A stretch of DNA of 64,000 nt from Enoplolaimus lenunculus (Eukaryota), in NCBI GenBank assembly GCA_030248215.1, contig JASANG010003005.1, positions 124,001 to 188,000 on the forward strand, written 5' to 3'. The notes beneath the pieces are model-generated. The model was not told where the DNA came from. It was given only the letters and a program-made list of their open reading frames with translations, and searched no databases. How positions within the stretch are numbered: the first letter of the stretch is position 1; each line of letters opens with the position of its first letter. The translations under genes and the position numbers were made by a program. Below are positions 1-10,618 of the stretch, in pieces.

Positions 1-33
1 AGGCATGGAATTATATTAATTCTGTTACCGCTA

Positions 34-275
34 CTCTGTAAATTCCAGTGAGTTGATTTTAAACTCAGAATGAGTTGAATCACTCAGTCTGAGTTAGGAT
101 TATCAGAACTCAGAATTGTGAGTGAACAAAATTCCCTCTGCGTTAATTATTCAACTCACCCGGAATCAACTAAACTCGCAGTAGGAATAAACTCAACTCA
201 GAGTGACCGATATTAACTTCCTAATAACTAACTCTGTTGCTGATATGATTAATCAAGTGATTGGAATTTACAGTG
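34..275. mobile_element. Tc1/mariner-type MITE (TA TSD)
   Basis: TA-CTCTGTAAATTCCA...TGGAATTTACAGTG-TA; interior rich in AACTCA/TGAGTT. Confidence 0.65.
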
Positions 276-687
276 TATATATTGTACATTTTCTCACCAC
301 AAGCTTTAGCCTAAGCCTAAACCTAAACCAACACAATGACAATATTTATACGTTATGTTGAAATTCGAAAACTGTTAGAGTCGTATGTTTTACAAGGCTG
401 AAAATTTTAAAAGTTCGGACATTAGTCTTAAAAAACAGATATTTGTGTTCAAAATGTTAAAACTTGAATTTCTTATGTTCAAGGAAATAATGCAACAAAT
501 TTATTCTGAAACAAAGTTAAACAAAAGCCCAACGCAGTAGACGAAACCAAAAATTTTATGAAACCAAAGAGGATTTCAACTTCTCTCGATGCCAGATATG
601 ATCAAATATTTGCACCATTTTCTAGAGAGATAGGACCCTCTGACTGTATATACTGTCTGTTGACAACGGGTTCACACACTTATCACG

Positions 688-1107
688 CAGAGTGCAACCG
701 GAGGGGAAAAGTACCGGAGCTGGAGGTGAGCAAAACTTGCCGGAACCGGAGGTGAGACGAAATTTAGGTAGTCAATTTGACGTTTAATTTGTCACTTTTA
801 GCAAATATCTACAATATGCTGGTAAATTGTTTTTACGCTTATTTTTTACGAAATTTGGGCACTTCTTTCCTCAAGATTTTGCGAGAAGTTAAAACGAAAC
901 TCGTCAAGCAAATAAATGTTGTGCAACTTTGCAAAATTTTCCTACCGAAATTGCCGAAACCTCCGGCATAAATTTTACCGGTGCCGGAGCCGGAGGTCAA
1001 TTTTGTTTCGGAGCCGTAGCCGGAGGTCAATTTTGTTTCGGAGCCGTAGCCGGAGGTCAATTTTCTGCCGGATCCGGAGCCGGAGGCAGACTTCCGGTTG
1101 CACCCTG
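688..1107. mobile_element. hAT-like MITE rich in CCGGAG (related sequences at ~8416-9255, ~39440-39742, ~40410-41380)
   Basis: CAGAGTGCAACCGGAGG...CTTCCGGTTGCACCCTG; TSD ttatcacg/ttatcacc; internal 30-bp tandem repeats. Confidence 0.8.
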
Positions 1108-1338
1108 TTATCACCGGATCAACACTGCCCGCAGTTTTTGAAATGTTGTATTGGATTGTAGTGATGCGGATTACATCACAAGTCTGGCACAGGTTCGTAA
1201 CCAAAGGATAATTGAGGGCTTCAGCCCCGCTAAAAATTTTGATCCCCTAACAAATTTTTAGGACGCTTGTAAAGGGTTGGGAAATCAACAGCGTTGCTTT
1301 CCTAAGATTGTTATATCCTCTTAGAAAGCAAAGCTGTA

Positions 1339-1610
1339 CACAAAAAAGTGTTTCTGAATTTATTCAGAAAAGTATTTTCTGAATTTATTCAGAAAAGTAT
1401 TTTCTGTGGCAAATCTGAAAAGTTTTTCTAATATTTAAGACAATGTTTCTAAAAATAACATGAAAACGTTTATTTTCAGAGTTTATTTCAAAACTTTATT
1501 GAAAATGTTTCGCTTTTATAACAGAAATACTTTTCAAGTGCACCATGCTAACCATATTTCTTAAATGTAAGAAATTTTTTTCTTAAATATCACAAATATT
1601 ACATTGAGTG
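1339..1610. mobile_element. AT-rich TA-flanked MITE; second copy at ~3263-3500
   Basis: Two similar direct copies (CAGAAAAGTATTTTCTGTGGCAAATCTGAAAAG...) flank the nAChR exon; imperfect TIR CACACAAAA / TTTTGAGTG. Confidence 0.7.
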
Positions 1611-1636
1611 TGGATACGGGTGTTGTTTTGTTGCAG

Positions 1637-2786
1637 AATCATTGCACCGCTAATCCGCTGGGAAGACCATACCCACGAATCGTTTAAATCCAACAGTCAA
1701 GACGTCCGTCGACACGGCAAACGAAAACCATCCACGCGACGAGAAGCTAAAACCCTTGAAGAAATGGGCGTATTTTCAAAATTGATGCACAGTATGAGCG
1801 AAGGACTAGCGTTACAGCAACAACAAAATAAAAAATCACATCCGAACGAGGAATCAGCAATTGAAAAAGATAACAAGCCAGGATCGAAAAATTCAACATC
1901 GTTTCGGGTGGTTAATGCAGACGGCAGCAGTTATTCGTTGTCTGGTCAAATAGCAGCTGGCAATTTGAATTCAGACGCTTCAAAACGTGTTGTTGTCGAA
2001 AAATCACGAAAAGGCCGTTCTTATTCAGTAGTCCTACGCAAAGCAGAGCAACAAAGGCGCAGTGGTTTCGAACATCGACAAGTTGACATTCCACCGACAC
2101 TTGACGAAGACTCAGAAGCGTCCGAATGTTCGCGAACAAGCAAACAAAGCTGTAAAATTGGTCAATCTCGATTTCCAACAGTGATTCCGTTTGAATCGAG
2201 TAACGATAAAAGCAAACTATTGGCAACATCGCAACATGAACACTTGTCGCGAGTAGCCCAACGGCTGAGACAACTCGGGCGAAACCAAGATGACACGAGT
2301 ACTCGGAGTGGTTTGTTCGGAACATGTGATCCGTGTTCACTTGATGTTAATCAACTGCTTCGATTGGAACACGAATTTTCAGCGCGTCCAAGAGCGATTT
2401 CTTGTTTTACTCCAGCAAGACGAGATTTTCACCGTTACAGTGAGACAAACGAAATACCTGGTAGCGTTGACGAAACCAACGAAACGGTTGCAGACGACAA
2501 AGCTAAAAATCACAGAGAACAATACACTAATCATACTGCGTTGTTAGTTGGAGCACTTTTGGAGCGAGCAGGACAACTCATTGACTGTTCGCAGGGGGAT
2601 AAACAGCAACAAGCGTTGCTGTACAGTGATTGGCATAATATAGCACGTATATTCGATCAGTTCTTTTTCGTAGTGGTAACCATTATTACGGTTACGGTTA
2701 CAGTAGCAATGTTGCTAATAGCGCCCGGGATCGTACGGGAAACTACACCGCGGCCTATAGATTATTCGTTTTTGAACGAAATTTAG
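1637..2786 (+). CDS. Terminal exon of a Cys-loop ligand-gated ion channel (nicotinic acetylcholine receptor-like) subunit: long M3-M4 cytoplasmic loop, MA helix and M4; upstream exons not found in the window
   Basis: Acceptor ttttgttgcag ends at 1636 and the frame is open to TAG at 2784-2786. The C-terminus LYSDWHNIARIFDQFFFVVVTIITVTVTVAMLLIAP matches the nAChR pattern (D/E)W..(I/V)A...D..F followed by a hydrophobic M4 ending in AP. The ORF-track start at 1608 lies in the intron/MITE. Confidence 0.75.
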
Positions 2787-3262
2787 CTGGTTTGAAACGT
2801 TTCAACTGTGTTGCTTTAGTTTCATTTGTATGAATACTGTCAAAATTGGAGCGAATTACTGATCTCGGAAAAGGGGGTTGTAGTATGCCGAACGTATGCG
2901 GTCTGTCGTTGAGAGGTATAGAGTAATTTGGTAGTCATGCTTTACATGAAAATTTCAAGGATGTTTCAGGGTAATTCATAAAGGGGCTGAACAACGCAGT
3001 TTCGTGACAGCGGTTTCGTTAACTAAAAGAACCGCTTACTGTTCATACAAACCTGTATCGTTTGAAAGCGACCGTATCAGGCTCGGCTCAGCGATATTGT
3101 TTGTAAGCGCCGAATTGATGGCATCACGAGCCTGTTTGAGCTTTTATGAAAATATTTCCATATAAACTGCAAAATTCAAACTGAAAACGATATCCATGTC
3201 GCTACACGGCAGGTCAGAGTCATTGCGGCTTTTCTAGCTGGAGTCACACAGGAGGTTATACA

Positions 3263-3500
3263 CACACAAAAGTATTTCTAAATTTATTCAGAAAAGTATT
3301 TTCTGTGGCAAATCTGAAAAGTTTTTCTGTTATTTAAGACAATTTTTCTAAAAATAACAGGAAAACGTTTAAGACTTTACTTCAAAAGTTCCTGAAATTT
3401 TTTCTGTTATAACAGAAATACTTTTCAAGCGCACCTTCATAATTATATTTCTTAAATGTAAGAAAATTTTTCTGTAATATCAGAAATATTATTTTGAGTG
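3263..3500. mobile_element. AT-rich TA-flanked MITE (copy of 1339-1610)
   Basis: Colinear similarity to 1339-1610; TA follows at 3501. Confidence 0.7.
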
Positions 3501-3716
3501 TAGTAGTTAACACTAAAAACCAAAAACGCCATCAAATCCAATAGTTAAAAACGTAAAATATGGGCGTGTGACAAAGAACGCGAGCGAAGCCAGGAAGGAA
3601 TTTATGCAATTTTAGTCTGAAATGTTTTATTGTTTTACATGGTGCCTGGACGAACCACCCGAAGGCATCGACTGATCGCACGGGTTACCTCGATGATCGG
3701 CACCGGGGCTTCACTA

Positions 3717-3915
3717 CACGGCAAAAAACGGTGAGTCAAATTGACTCTCTCCGAAATAGGCTTTTCTCGACTACACAAACGGAGTCAAAATTCGACTCCG
3801 CCACAGTCAATTTTGACTCAATGAATCGCTCACTGAATCGAATTTGACTCAGTTTGTGTAGTCCGGAAAAGCCTATTTCGGAGAGAGTGAATTTGACATA
3901 CCATTTTTGGCAGCG
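3717..3915. mobile_element. Palindromic TA-flanked MITE (CACTG-end, GACTC-rich family)
   Basis: Near-complete foldback with TA on both sides; related copies at 14746-14903, 16484-16703, 17342-17562, 39976-40152. Confidence 0.82.
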
Positions 3916-4088
3916 TAGGCGTAACATTGGTCCCGTAGACACTTTGTGTCCTAAATAAATTGGTACGACGCTAGTTTTTTTACACAATACTTAAATAGGA
4001 TTTGTTGGCCGTGAAACTGCGAATTTTTTGCATGAGCAAAGAACATTGATTTACAGATTGAAATAAGATGTTTTTATGAATGTTTCAA

Positions 4089-4352
4089 CCCCTTCTCATA
4101 TTGAGTTGCCTATAGGAAACTCAGCGCAGTGTATGTACTTTAAATAATATATATCGCACCGTGTTTAACAATTGCAACACGTATACATAGTACTAAATTT
4201 ACCACAAGACGTGAGAGCCTCCTCGGGCTCCAGCGCCAAGCTCCTATAGCTGAGTAGTGATGGTATACGCCTCCCACTCCAGTCACCGGAGTTCGAATCC
4301 TAGCATAAAAGTAGGTCTCAGGGGAAATAGAAAATATTCATGTGAGAAAGGG
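4089..4352 (+). mobile_element. piggyBac-like MITE with internal tRNA-type A/B boxes
   Basis: TIR CCCCTTCTCATAT / ATGTGAGAAAGGG, flanks tcaa/ttaa; internal TAGCTGAGTAG and GGAGTTCGAATCC. Confidence 0.8.
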
Positions 4353-4521
4353 TTAAACTGTTTTTTCCATATGCATTGCTTGCAGAATAAAATAACTGTC
4401 TGAGCAATAAAACGGGCCTATACCAGTAAAATTGAAAACTAAAGCCGGTAATAAACCTTGAGTTCTGTTGATCCTCTATTTTTACTCGGTTAACTAAATA
4501 CGATGCAACCTTTGCCTTACC

Positions 4522-4873
4522 GGCAAATGTAAAGAAAAGGGGCGAAACAGTGTTATAAGCATATTCCTAAGCCTAAGCCTAAGCCTAAGCCTAAGCCTAA
4601 GCGTAAGAATGAGCATATTCCTAAGCCTAAGCCTAAACCTAAGCTTAAGCGTAAGAATGAGCATATTTCTAAGCCTAAGCCTAAGCCTAAAGCCTAAGCA
4701 TAAGAATGAGCATATTCCTAAGCCTAAGCCTAAACCTAAGTCTAAGCCTAAGCCTAAGTCTGAGCCTAAGCCTAAGCCTAAATCCAAGCAAAATAATTAA
4801 CCTAAAGCTTAAGATTACTCTATTCAAGTCCCACAGAAAAACGTTCCAACCCTGATCTTTCTTTATACGGACC
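4522..4873 (+). mobile_element. Telomeric-repeat MITE, subfamily a (Merlin-like, GG...CC ends, 8-bp TSD)
   Basis: Ends GGCAAATGTAAAGAAAAGGGGCG / CCCTGATCTTTCTTTATACGGACC; TSD gccttacc/gcgttacc; long internal (GCCTAA)n array. Confidence 0.8.
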
Positions 4874-5643
4874 GCGTTACCGAACGAACTTGTGATCAAA
4901 TTGTGCCGGTTAGGACGTTCAACTGGTATCTGCCGTCAAAATGTGATTTATTTTCCATATGGCATACAGAAAAATGTAATTTTAAAAGAGCATTAATCAA
5001 ACCTAACGAACATAAAAGGTTGCCGAAATTTTTTGCATTCAAAATTTTGTACACAGTGAAACTTGAAACCTAAACCGATTTACTCACATTTTTGGCTAAG
5101 GATGACCTGTAATCAGGGTGTAATCGGATATTCGTTTTCGTTTCCGTTATAGAAATTGAAGAAATTCCGTTTATTTCGTCCGTTCAAAACTGATTATAAA
5201 TCACGTATATCTGGCAACTTCGTCATTCACAAAGATGCCGCAATTGTTGAAAATGAAATAAAAATTGCAAAATTCATCCAAAATCGTGAAACTTTCGATG
5301 CATCCGACATTTTTGTTTTCAAATTTTACATAACACCGTGAATATTTGCACGCCTCAATTGTTTTGACAGAAAAATATAACATTTTTGAAACTTATATAC
5401 TTCAATATCCGTTTTCTGATTCCGTTATTTTACTATCCGTTCAAACTATGGTTGAAACAGTTCTTGTGCAACATTAAACAGAATTTCTCGGTTTCGAGTA
5501 CGTTCAGATGGTTACACTTAAACTGTTTCGCTCATCATGTCAACCAGATTTATTTCCTAAGTTAAAACGCTTCGTGAGTATGTACAATACGAAGACAAAA
5601 TATATGTAAACATATATATTTGATTTTTACTGTTACGAGTAGC

Positions 5644-5861
5644 GGCCCAGGTAAAGATCAGGGATGGAACGTTTACTGTGGGACTGAAATAGAGTAAGCT
5701 TAACTTAAGCTTTAGACAAATTTTTTACTTAGGCTTAGATTTAGGCTTAGGCTTAGGCTTAGGAATACGCTCATTCTTACGCTTAGGCTTAGGATTAGGC
5801 TTACGTTTAGGCTTAGAAATTTGTTTATAATACTGTTCCGCCCATGTTCTTTACATTGGCC
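5644..5861 (-). mobile_element. Telomeric-repeat MITE, subfamily a
   Basis: GGCCCAGGTAAAGATCAGGG...TTCTTTACATTGGCC; TSD cgagtagc/cgagcagc; (TTAGGC)n inside. Confidence 0.85.
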
Positions 5862-5935
5862 CGAGCAGCAAACCTATTGCAAATATTACATTCACATCCA
5901 TCCGATATGTGGTTAAGGTTTGAAACAGAAATCTT

Positions 5936-6134
5936 GGCCCATGGATAGAACAGGACCTGAACAGTAGTATACGCATATTCCTAAGCCTAAGCGTAAGCGT
6001 ACGAATGAGCCTATTCCTAAGCCTAAGCCTAAGCCTGAGCCTAGCCTAAGCAAAAAAGTTAGCCCAAAGCTTAAACTGACTCTATTATAGCCCCCCCCCC
6101 GGGAAACGATCCAGCCTTGTTCTATACATGGGCC
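5936..6134 (+). mobile_element. Telomeric-repeat MITE, subfamily b; right half plus flank duplicated in tandem (6272-6519)
   Basis: GGCCCATGGATAGAACAGG...CCTTGTTCTATACATGGGCC; TSD gaaatctt/gaaatttt (perfect gaaatctt after the duplicate end at 6382). Confidence 0.85.
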
Positions 6135-6622
6135 GAAATTTTAGCAGTCACATTGTTGTCAACAACAGCGTCTTGTTAACGCAATTCTTGACCATGTGAT
6201 TAGTAGCAGAATCGTTGGCAACCAACTTTAATTTTATCTCATGTATATGATAATCTACAATTAAACCTGTATATTCCTAAGCCTAAGCCTAAGCCTAAGC
6301 AAAAAAGTTAGTCTAAAGCTTAAACTGACTCTATTAGAGCCCCCCCCCGGGAAACGATCCAGCCTTGTTCTATACCTGGGCCGAAATCTTAGTTGTCACA
6401 TTGTTGTCAACAACAGCGTCTTGTTAACGCAATTCTTGACCATGTGATTAGTAGCAGAATCGTTGCCAATCAACTTTAATTTTATCTCATGTATATGATA
6501 ATCTACAATTAAACCTGTAGTTTCTTTGACATCGCAAATGAAAAACTATAAGAAAGTTGTCTTGCAGCGAGTTTTTCGCTAACATTGGTTCAAGTCTCAT
6601 GCTGAAAGAGCATAGAGCGAAA

Positions 6623-6830
6623 GGCCAATGTTACTTTAACGGGCGTAACAGTAGTTTAAGTGTATACGTAAGCCTAAGCCTAAGCGTTGCATGGATGTGT
6701 TCCTAAGCCTAAGCGTTGCATGGATGTGTTCCTAAGCCTAAGCGTAAGCCTAAACAAAAAATGTAATCTAGAATCTAAACCTACTCTTTTATAGACCCAC
6801 CAGTAACCTGGATGCCCCTTAAAGTGGGCC
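6623..6830 (+). mobile_element. Telomeric-repeat MITE, subfamily c
   Basis: GGCCAATGTTACTTTAACGGGCGT...GCCCCTTAAAGTGGGCC; TSD gagcgaaa/tagcgaaa. Confidence 0.85.
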
Positions 6831-6874
6831 TAGCGAAATATGAAGACTAACGTCCGTATTCTCAAGTGCGTGTA

Positions 6875-7269
6875 CTGTAGTGACCCGAATAAGAGGGAGA
6901 CTGATAATTATTTGGTCTCTCCAGAGGGTTCCCTCCTATTCGGTTACGGACTGTTATTTATTTTTAACCCACGCTCCGCCGTTCTACGTTACCGGTTATA
7001 TCCGGTACTGCAATTATCCGCTGAATTAAACATTCATTTGTCTTTTGTCAATAGCTTGAGCGATCATGCAAGGTTAATGTACTTTCAAAATTTAACCTGG
7101 AGTCATTTATGTGGTACAATTAGGGTTAATTGACATTTATGGACTTTAATTAGGGTTTAGGCACTCTATCCGCTTACGAACTTTTATTAGGGATACGGAC
7201 TCCAATTGATTCGGACTCAAAATATGGACCCTCTTATTACCCCTCCCCCTCTTATTCGGGTCAATACAG
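6875..7269. mobile_element. pogo/Tc2-like MITE (TA TSD); partial inverted copy at ~15030-15337
   Basis: TA-CTGTAGTGACCCGAATAAGAGGG...CCCTCTTATTCGGGTCAATACAG-TA. Confidence 0.78.
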
Positions 7270-7798
7270 TAGCACCCATCGTCAGATTAGCGATAGGTTT
7301 TCAAACTGACGAACATCTGCAATTGTAGATTTCAAAATTGATACAGAAGTAGGGCTAATCAAACGCGACCAATGTGCTGAATTTCGAACCTCAACATGTC
7401 CATGCTACAAAGTTACTAAACCTATCACCTGCTGGTAATCGATCCTAGACACATTTGACAATTCGGGCATAGGTCAAGAATATATGAATAATTCAACCTT
7501 TCACAGGTTTACAAAGTCAAATTTTTGGTGTAAAGCGAGAATAAGGGTTTCGTTGCAAATGTGCGCAGTCCTATTAAGTTCCGCTGAGATTTTTTCGCTG
7601 ATTTGGCACAAAAACAGTATAGAAATTGCGTAACCCTGGTCAAGCTGCAAGACCATAGCTATAAAGTATCTGATACCGCTATCGGTGAATGAATTATCAA
7701 TGGTATTAAATATGAAACCCGCTTGAAGGCATTAGGAATTAATCGATTTAAACGTTTTCGGTTTCAGATTCGATTTTTAGATATGGCATATGTATTTG

Positions 7799-8246
7799 GG
7801 CCAATGTTACTTTAAGGGGCGTAACAGTAGATGAAACGTATTCCTAAGCCTAAGCCTAAACCTAAACGTTGCAAGAATGACTTCCTAAGCCGAAGCCTAA
7901 ACATAAGCTAACGCCTAAGCGTTGCAAAAATGAGTTCCTAAGCCGAAGCCCAAGTCTAAGCCTAAGCGTTGCAAAAAATATTTTCCTAAGCCGAAGCCCA
8001 AGTCTAAGCCTAAGCGTTGCAAAAAATATTTTCCTAAGCCGAAGCCCAAGTCTAAGCCTAAGCGTTGCAAAAAATATTTTCCTAAGCCGAAGCCCAAGTC
8101 TAAGCCTAAGCGTTGCAAAAAATATTTTCCTAAGCCTAAGCCTAAGCCTAAGCCTAAGCCTAAGCAAAAAAATGTAATCTAACATCTAAAACCACTCTTT
8201 TATGGACCCACCAAAAACCTGGACGCCCTTTAAAGTAACATGGGCC
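7799..8246 (+). mobile_element. Telomeric-repeat MITE, subfamily c, with an internal 48-bp higher-order repeat
   Basis: TIRs GGCCAATGTTACTTTAAGGGGCGT / ACGCCCTTTAAAGTAACATGGGCC; TSD tgtatttg/ggtatttg. Confidence 0.88.
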
Positions 8247-8674
8247 GGTATTTGCGAGATCTACTCATTTCATCGGCTCCTCGAAGAGGCTTTACTGAAC
8301 ATTTTGATGAGGTAAAAGTTTAATTTTTAACAAACTGTTTTGCAATCATACAATTATGTTCGGTACTTATCCCAAGGTGAATAAATAAGTTTCGTTTTTG
8401 TGGAAAATATACCGCAGGGTGCAACTGGAGGTGAAAACAACCGGTACTGGAATATGAGGTCAACATAGTTTACCGGAGCCGAAAGTAGTAATGAAATTAC
8501 AGCTATTTCTTGCACTAAGTAATTATTTTTACACTATTTAGCTAGTATATTGTTTTTTGCCGTCTATTCTTATAGGACATGTTCGACAAATAGCAGGGTA
8601 TTTTGACAACGTGTTTTGTCTTGCGCCAAAAAATAATACCGAAAAATATGAATTCCACGCTTAACTTTGAATTT

Positions 8675-8866
8675 TCAGGCTAAAATTTGAATTTTTGAGC
8701 AAAAATTTCAATTTTCTCGCCAGAATTTGAATTTAAAGCCAAAATTTAATTTTTCCCCCGCCAAATTTTGAATCCGCCAAAATTTCAATTTCCCTCCAAA
8801 ATTTAAATTTTCAAGCCTAAATTTGACGTTCAAGCCAAAATTTAAGTGTTCCCACCAAAATTTGAA
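8675..8866. repeat. Degenerate ~20-bp minisatellite (CCAAAATTTGAATTTT-like)
   Basis: About ten imperfect copies of (C/G)CAAAATTT(G/A)AATTTT. Confidence 0.65.
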
Positions 8867-9559
8867 GAATTAGCACAAATTTTAAACCCTGCAGTTTCTA
8901 AACATTGACCGCACAATTTGCACTGTATTTTATTAAAAGGGTGGTGTACACACTATTTTTGACCGGTCGATTTGTTTTGAAGGTCATTTGTATAGCTGGC
9001 TAAAATTTTGTACATTAATATTTTAGAGAGTTATCGTAAATTATCTAGGTATTTAAATGGTGGAACATTTGTTGACATTGGCGAGCGCAGTATCACCTGG
9101 ATGGTTCATAAGCTATTTTCTTTTAAAAGTATCCGCAATTAAAGCCTTGTAGAATTGACTTGCACGTTGACGGACGGAACCGTACGCCAAACGCCACCCT
9201 TATCGGTGCTGAACGCCAATTTTTCGCCGAAGCAGAGGCAGACCTCCGGTTGTAGCATGAATAGTGCTATATCAATAATGTATAGGTATTTTTCAGGCAC
9301 AACAAAACGATCCAAAAGTGCCTGCCTTTGTCTATTTTTGTCGAATTCTCAACCCAGCATATTTGACCGCATTTATCATAAAATCACGTTTAGTAATTTA
9401 ATAATATTATTCGGTCACCCGGTCGGCATTTATATAATTCCAACGGTGGTTTAAAAACTGTAGCTTAAGTACAAAAAAAGCTGAAACGACATCCATTTTC
9501 AGAAAATGTTTCAACTTTTTTTCTAACACTACACGTGGTCCCATTAATATACTGTTCAA

Positions 9560-9772
9560 GGTCAATGTATAGGACAGGACCGAAACAGTAGTATAAGCAT
9601 ATTCCAAAGCCTAAGCGTAAGCCTAAGCATAAGCCTAAGCGTAAGCCTAAGCCTATGGATGAGCTTATCCCTAACCCTAAGCCTAAGGCTAAGCAAAAAA
9701 TAGTCTAAAGCTTAAACTGACTCTATTATAGCCCCTCCGGAAAACGATCCGGCCTTGTTCTATACATGGACC
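9560..9772 (+). mobile_element. Telomeric-repeat MITE, subfamily b
   Basis: GGTCAATGTATAGGACAGG...CCTTGTTCTATACATGGACC; TSD ctgttcaa/ctgttcgt. Confidence 0.82.
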
Positions 9773-10202
9773 CTGTTCGTTCAAAATATATATAGTGATA
9801 GCGTAGACCTGTAAATCTCTTGAGGGTTCTTATAGTTGCCTCTTGGTAAAACCCATAAAAGCGACAGTCTCATACATCATTTTATTTTCGTTTTCACGGC
9901 TTGTAGACAAAACTATAAAATGTGAATTCTGATAAGTTAAAATATTTTTATTGCGTTAAACGCTAAACTGTAAATGATAAAAGATAAACAGTGTTTTGCT
10001 ATCCGTTTTTAACTGGACTAAAGCCGTTTGCACGAGCAGGGTTTGATTTGGACAAATGTTGACGTTTTAGTTGTACACGTTGACTATTAAGTCACATTTG
10101 GATTGCGTTTCAACTTATTTTCCAGTTTAAAAGATTTCGCAAGTCAACGTAAAGAAATGTTCAAGGCCTACACCAATCGGTAACGGATGCTACAGATTTA
10201 AG

Positions 10203-10524
10203 GGTCAATGTTACTTTAAGGGACGTAACAGTAGATTAAGCGTATTCCAAAGTCTAAGCCTAAGCGTTGCAAAAGCGTATTCCTAAGCGTAAGCGTAAGC
10301 GTTGCAAAAGCGTATTCCTAAGCCTAAGCCTAAGCGTTGCAAAGCGTATTCCTAAGCCTAAGCCTAAGCGTTGCAAAGTGTATTCCCAAGCCTAAGCCTA
10401 AGCGTTGCAAAAGCGTATTCCTAAGCCTAAGCCTAAGCGTAAGCGAAAAATGTAATCTAGAATCTAAACTTACTTTGTCATAGACCCACCAGAAACCTGG
10501 ACGCCCGTTAAAGTAACATGAACC
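10203..10524 (+). mobile_element. Telomeric-repeat MITE, subfamily c, with ~35-bp internal repeats
   Basis: GGTCAATGTTACTTTAAGGG...CCCGTTAAAGTAACATGAACC; perfect 8-bp TSD gatttaag. Confidence 0.9.
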
Positions 10525-10618
10525 GATTTAAGAATACCAGTTTTAGTGTCAGTACACATCATTATAGGCAAAGGCCCAATGTCAACACTAGAGACACGCT
10601 TACTGAACCTGATTTTAA

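Noticed and set aside
839..1204. Gly/Ser repeat ORFs (SGYGSETKLT; GAVAGGQF)
   Set aside because: They derive from the 30-bp tandem repeats within the 688-1107 MITE.
4560..4800. True chromosome end or telomere fusion site
   Set aside because: Tracts are short, degenerate, internal, present in both orientations, and enclosed by TIRs with TSDs; there is no head-to-head fusion pattern.
4494..4899. ORFs with LGLG/LRLR/PKPK/LSLS repeats (also 7862-8185, 14347-14559, 53974-54165)
   Set aside because: They are translations of the GCCTAA/TTAGGC arrays inside MITEs, with no splice or homology support.
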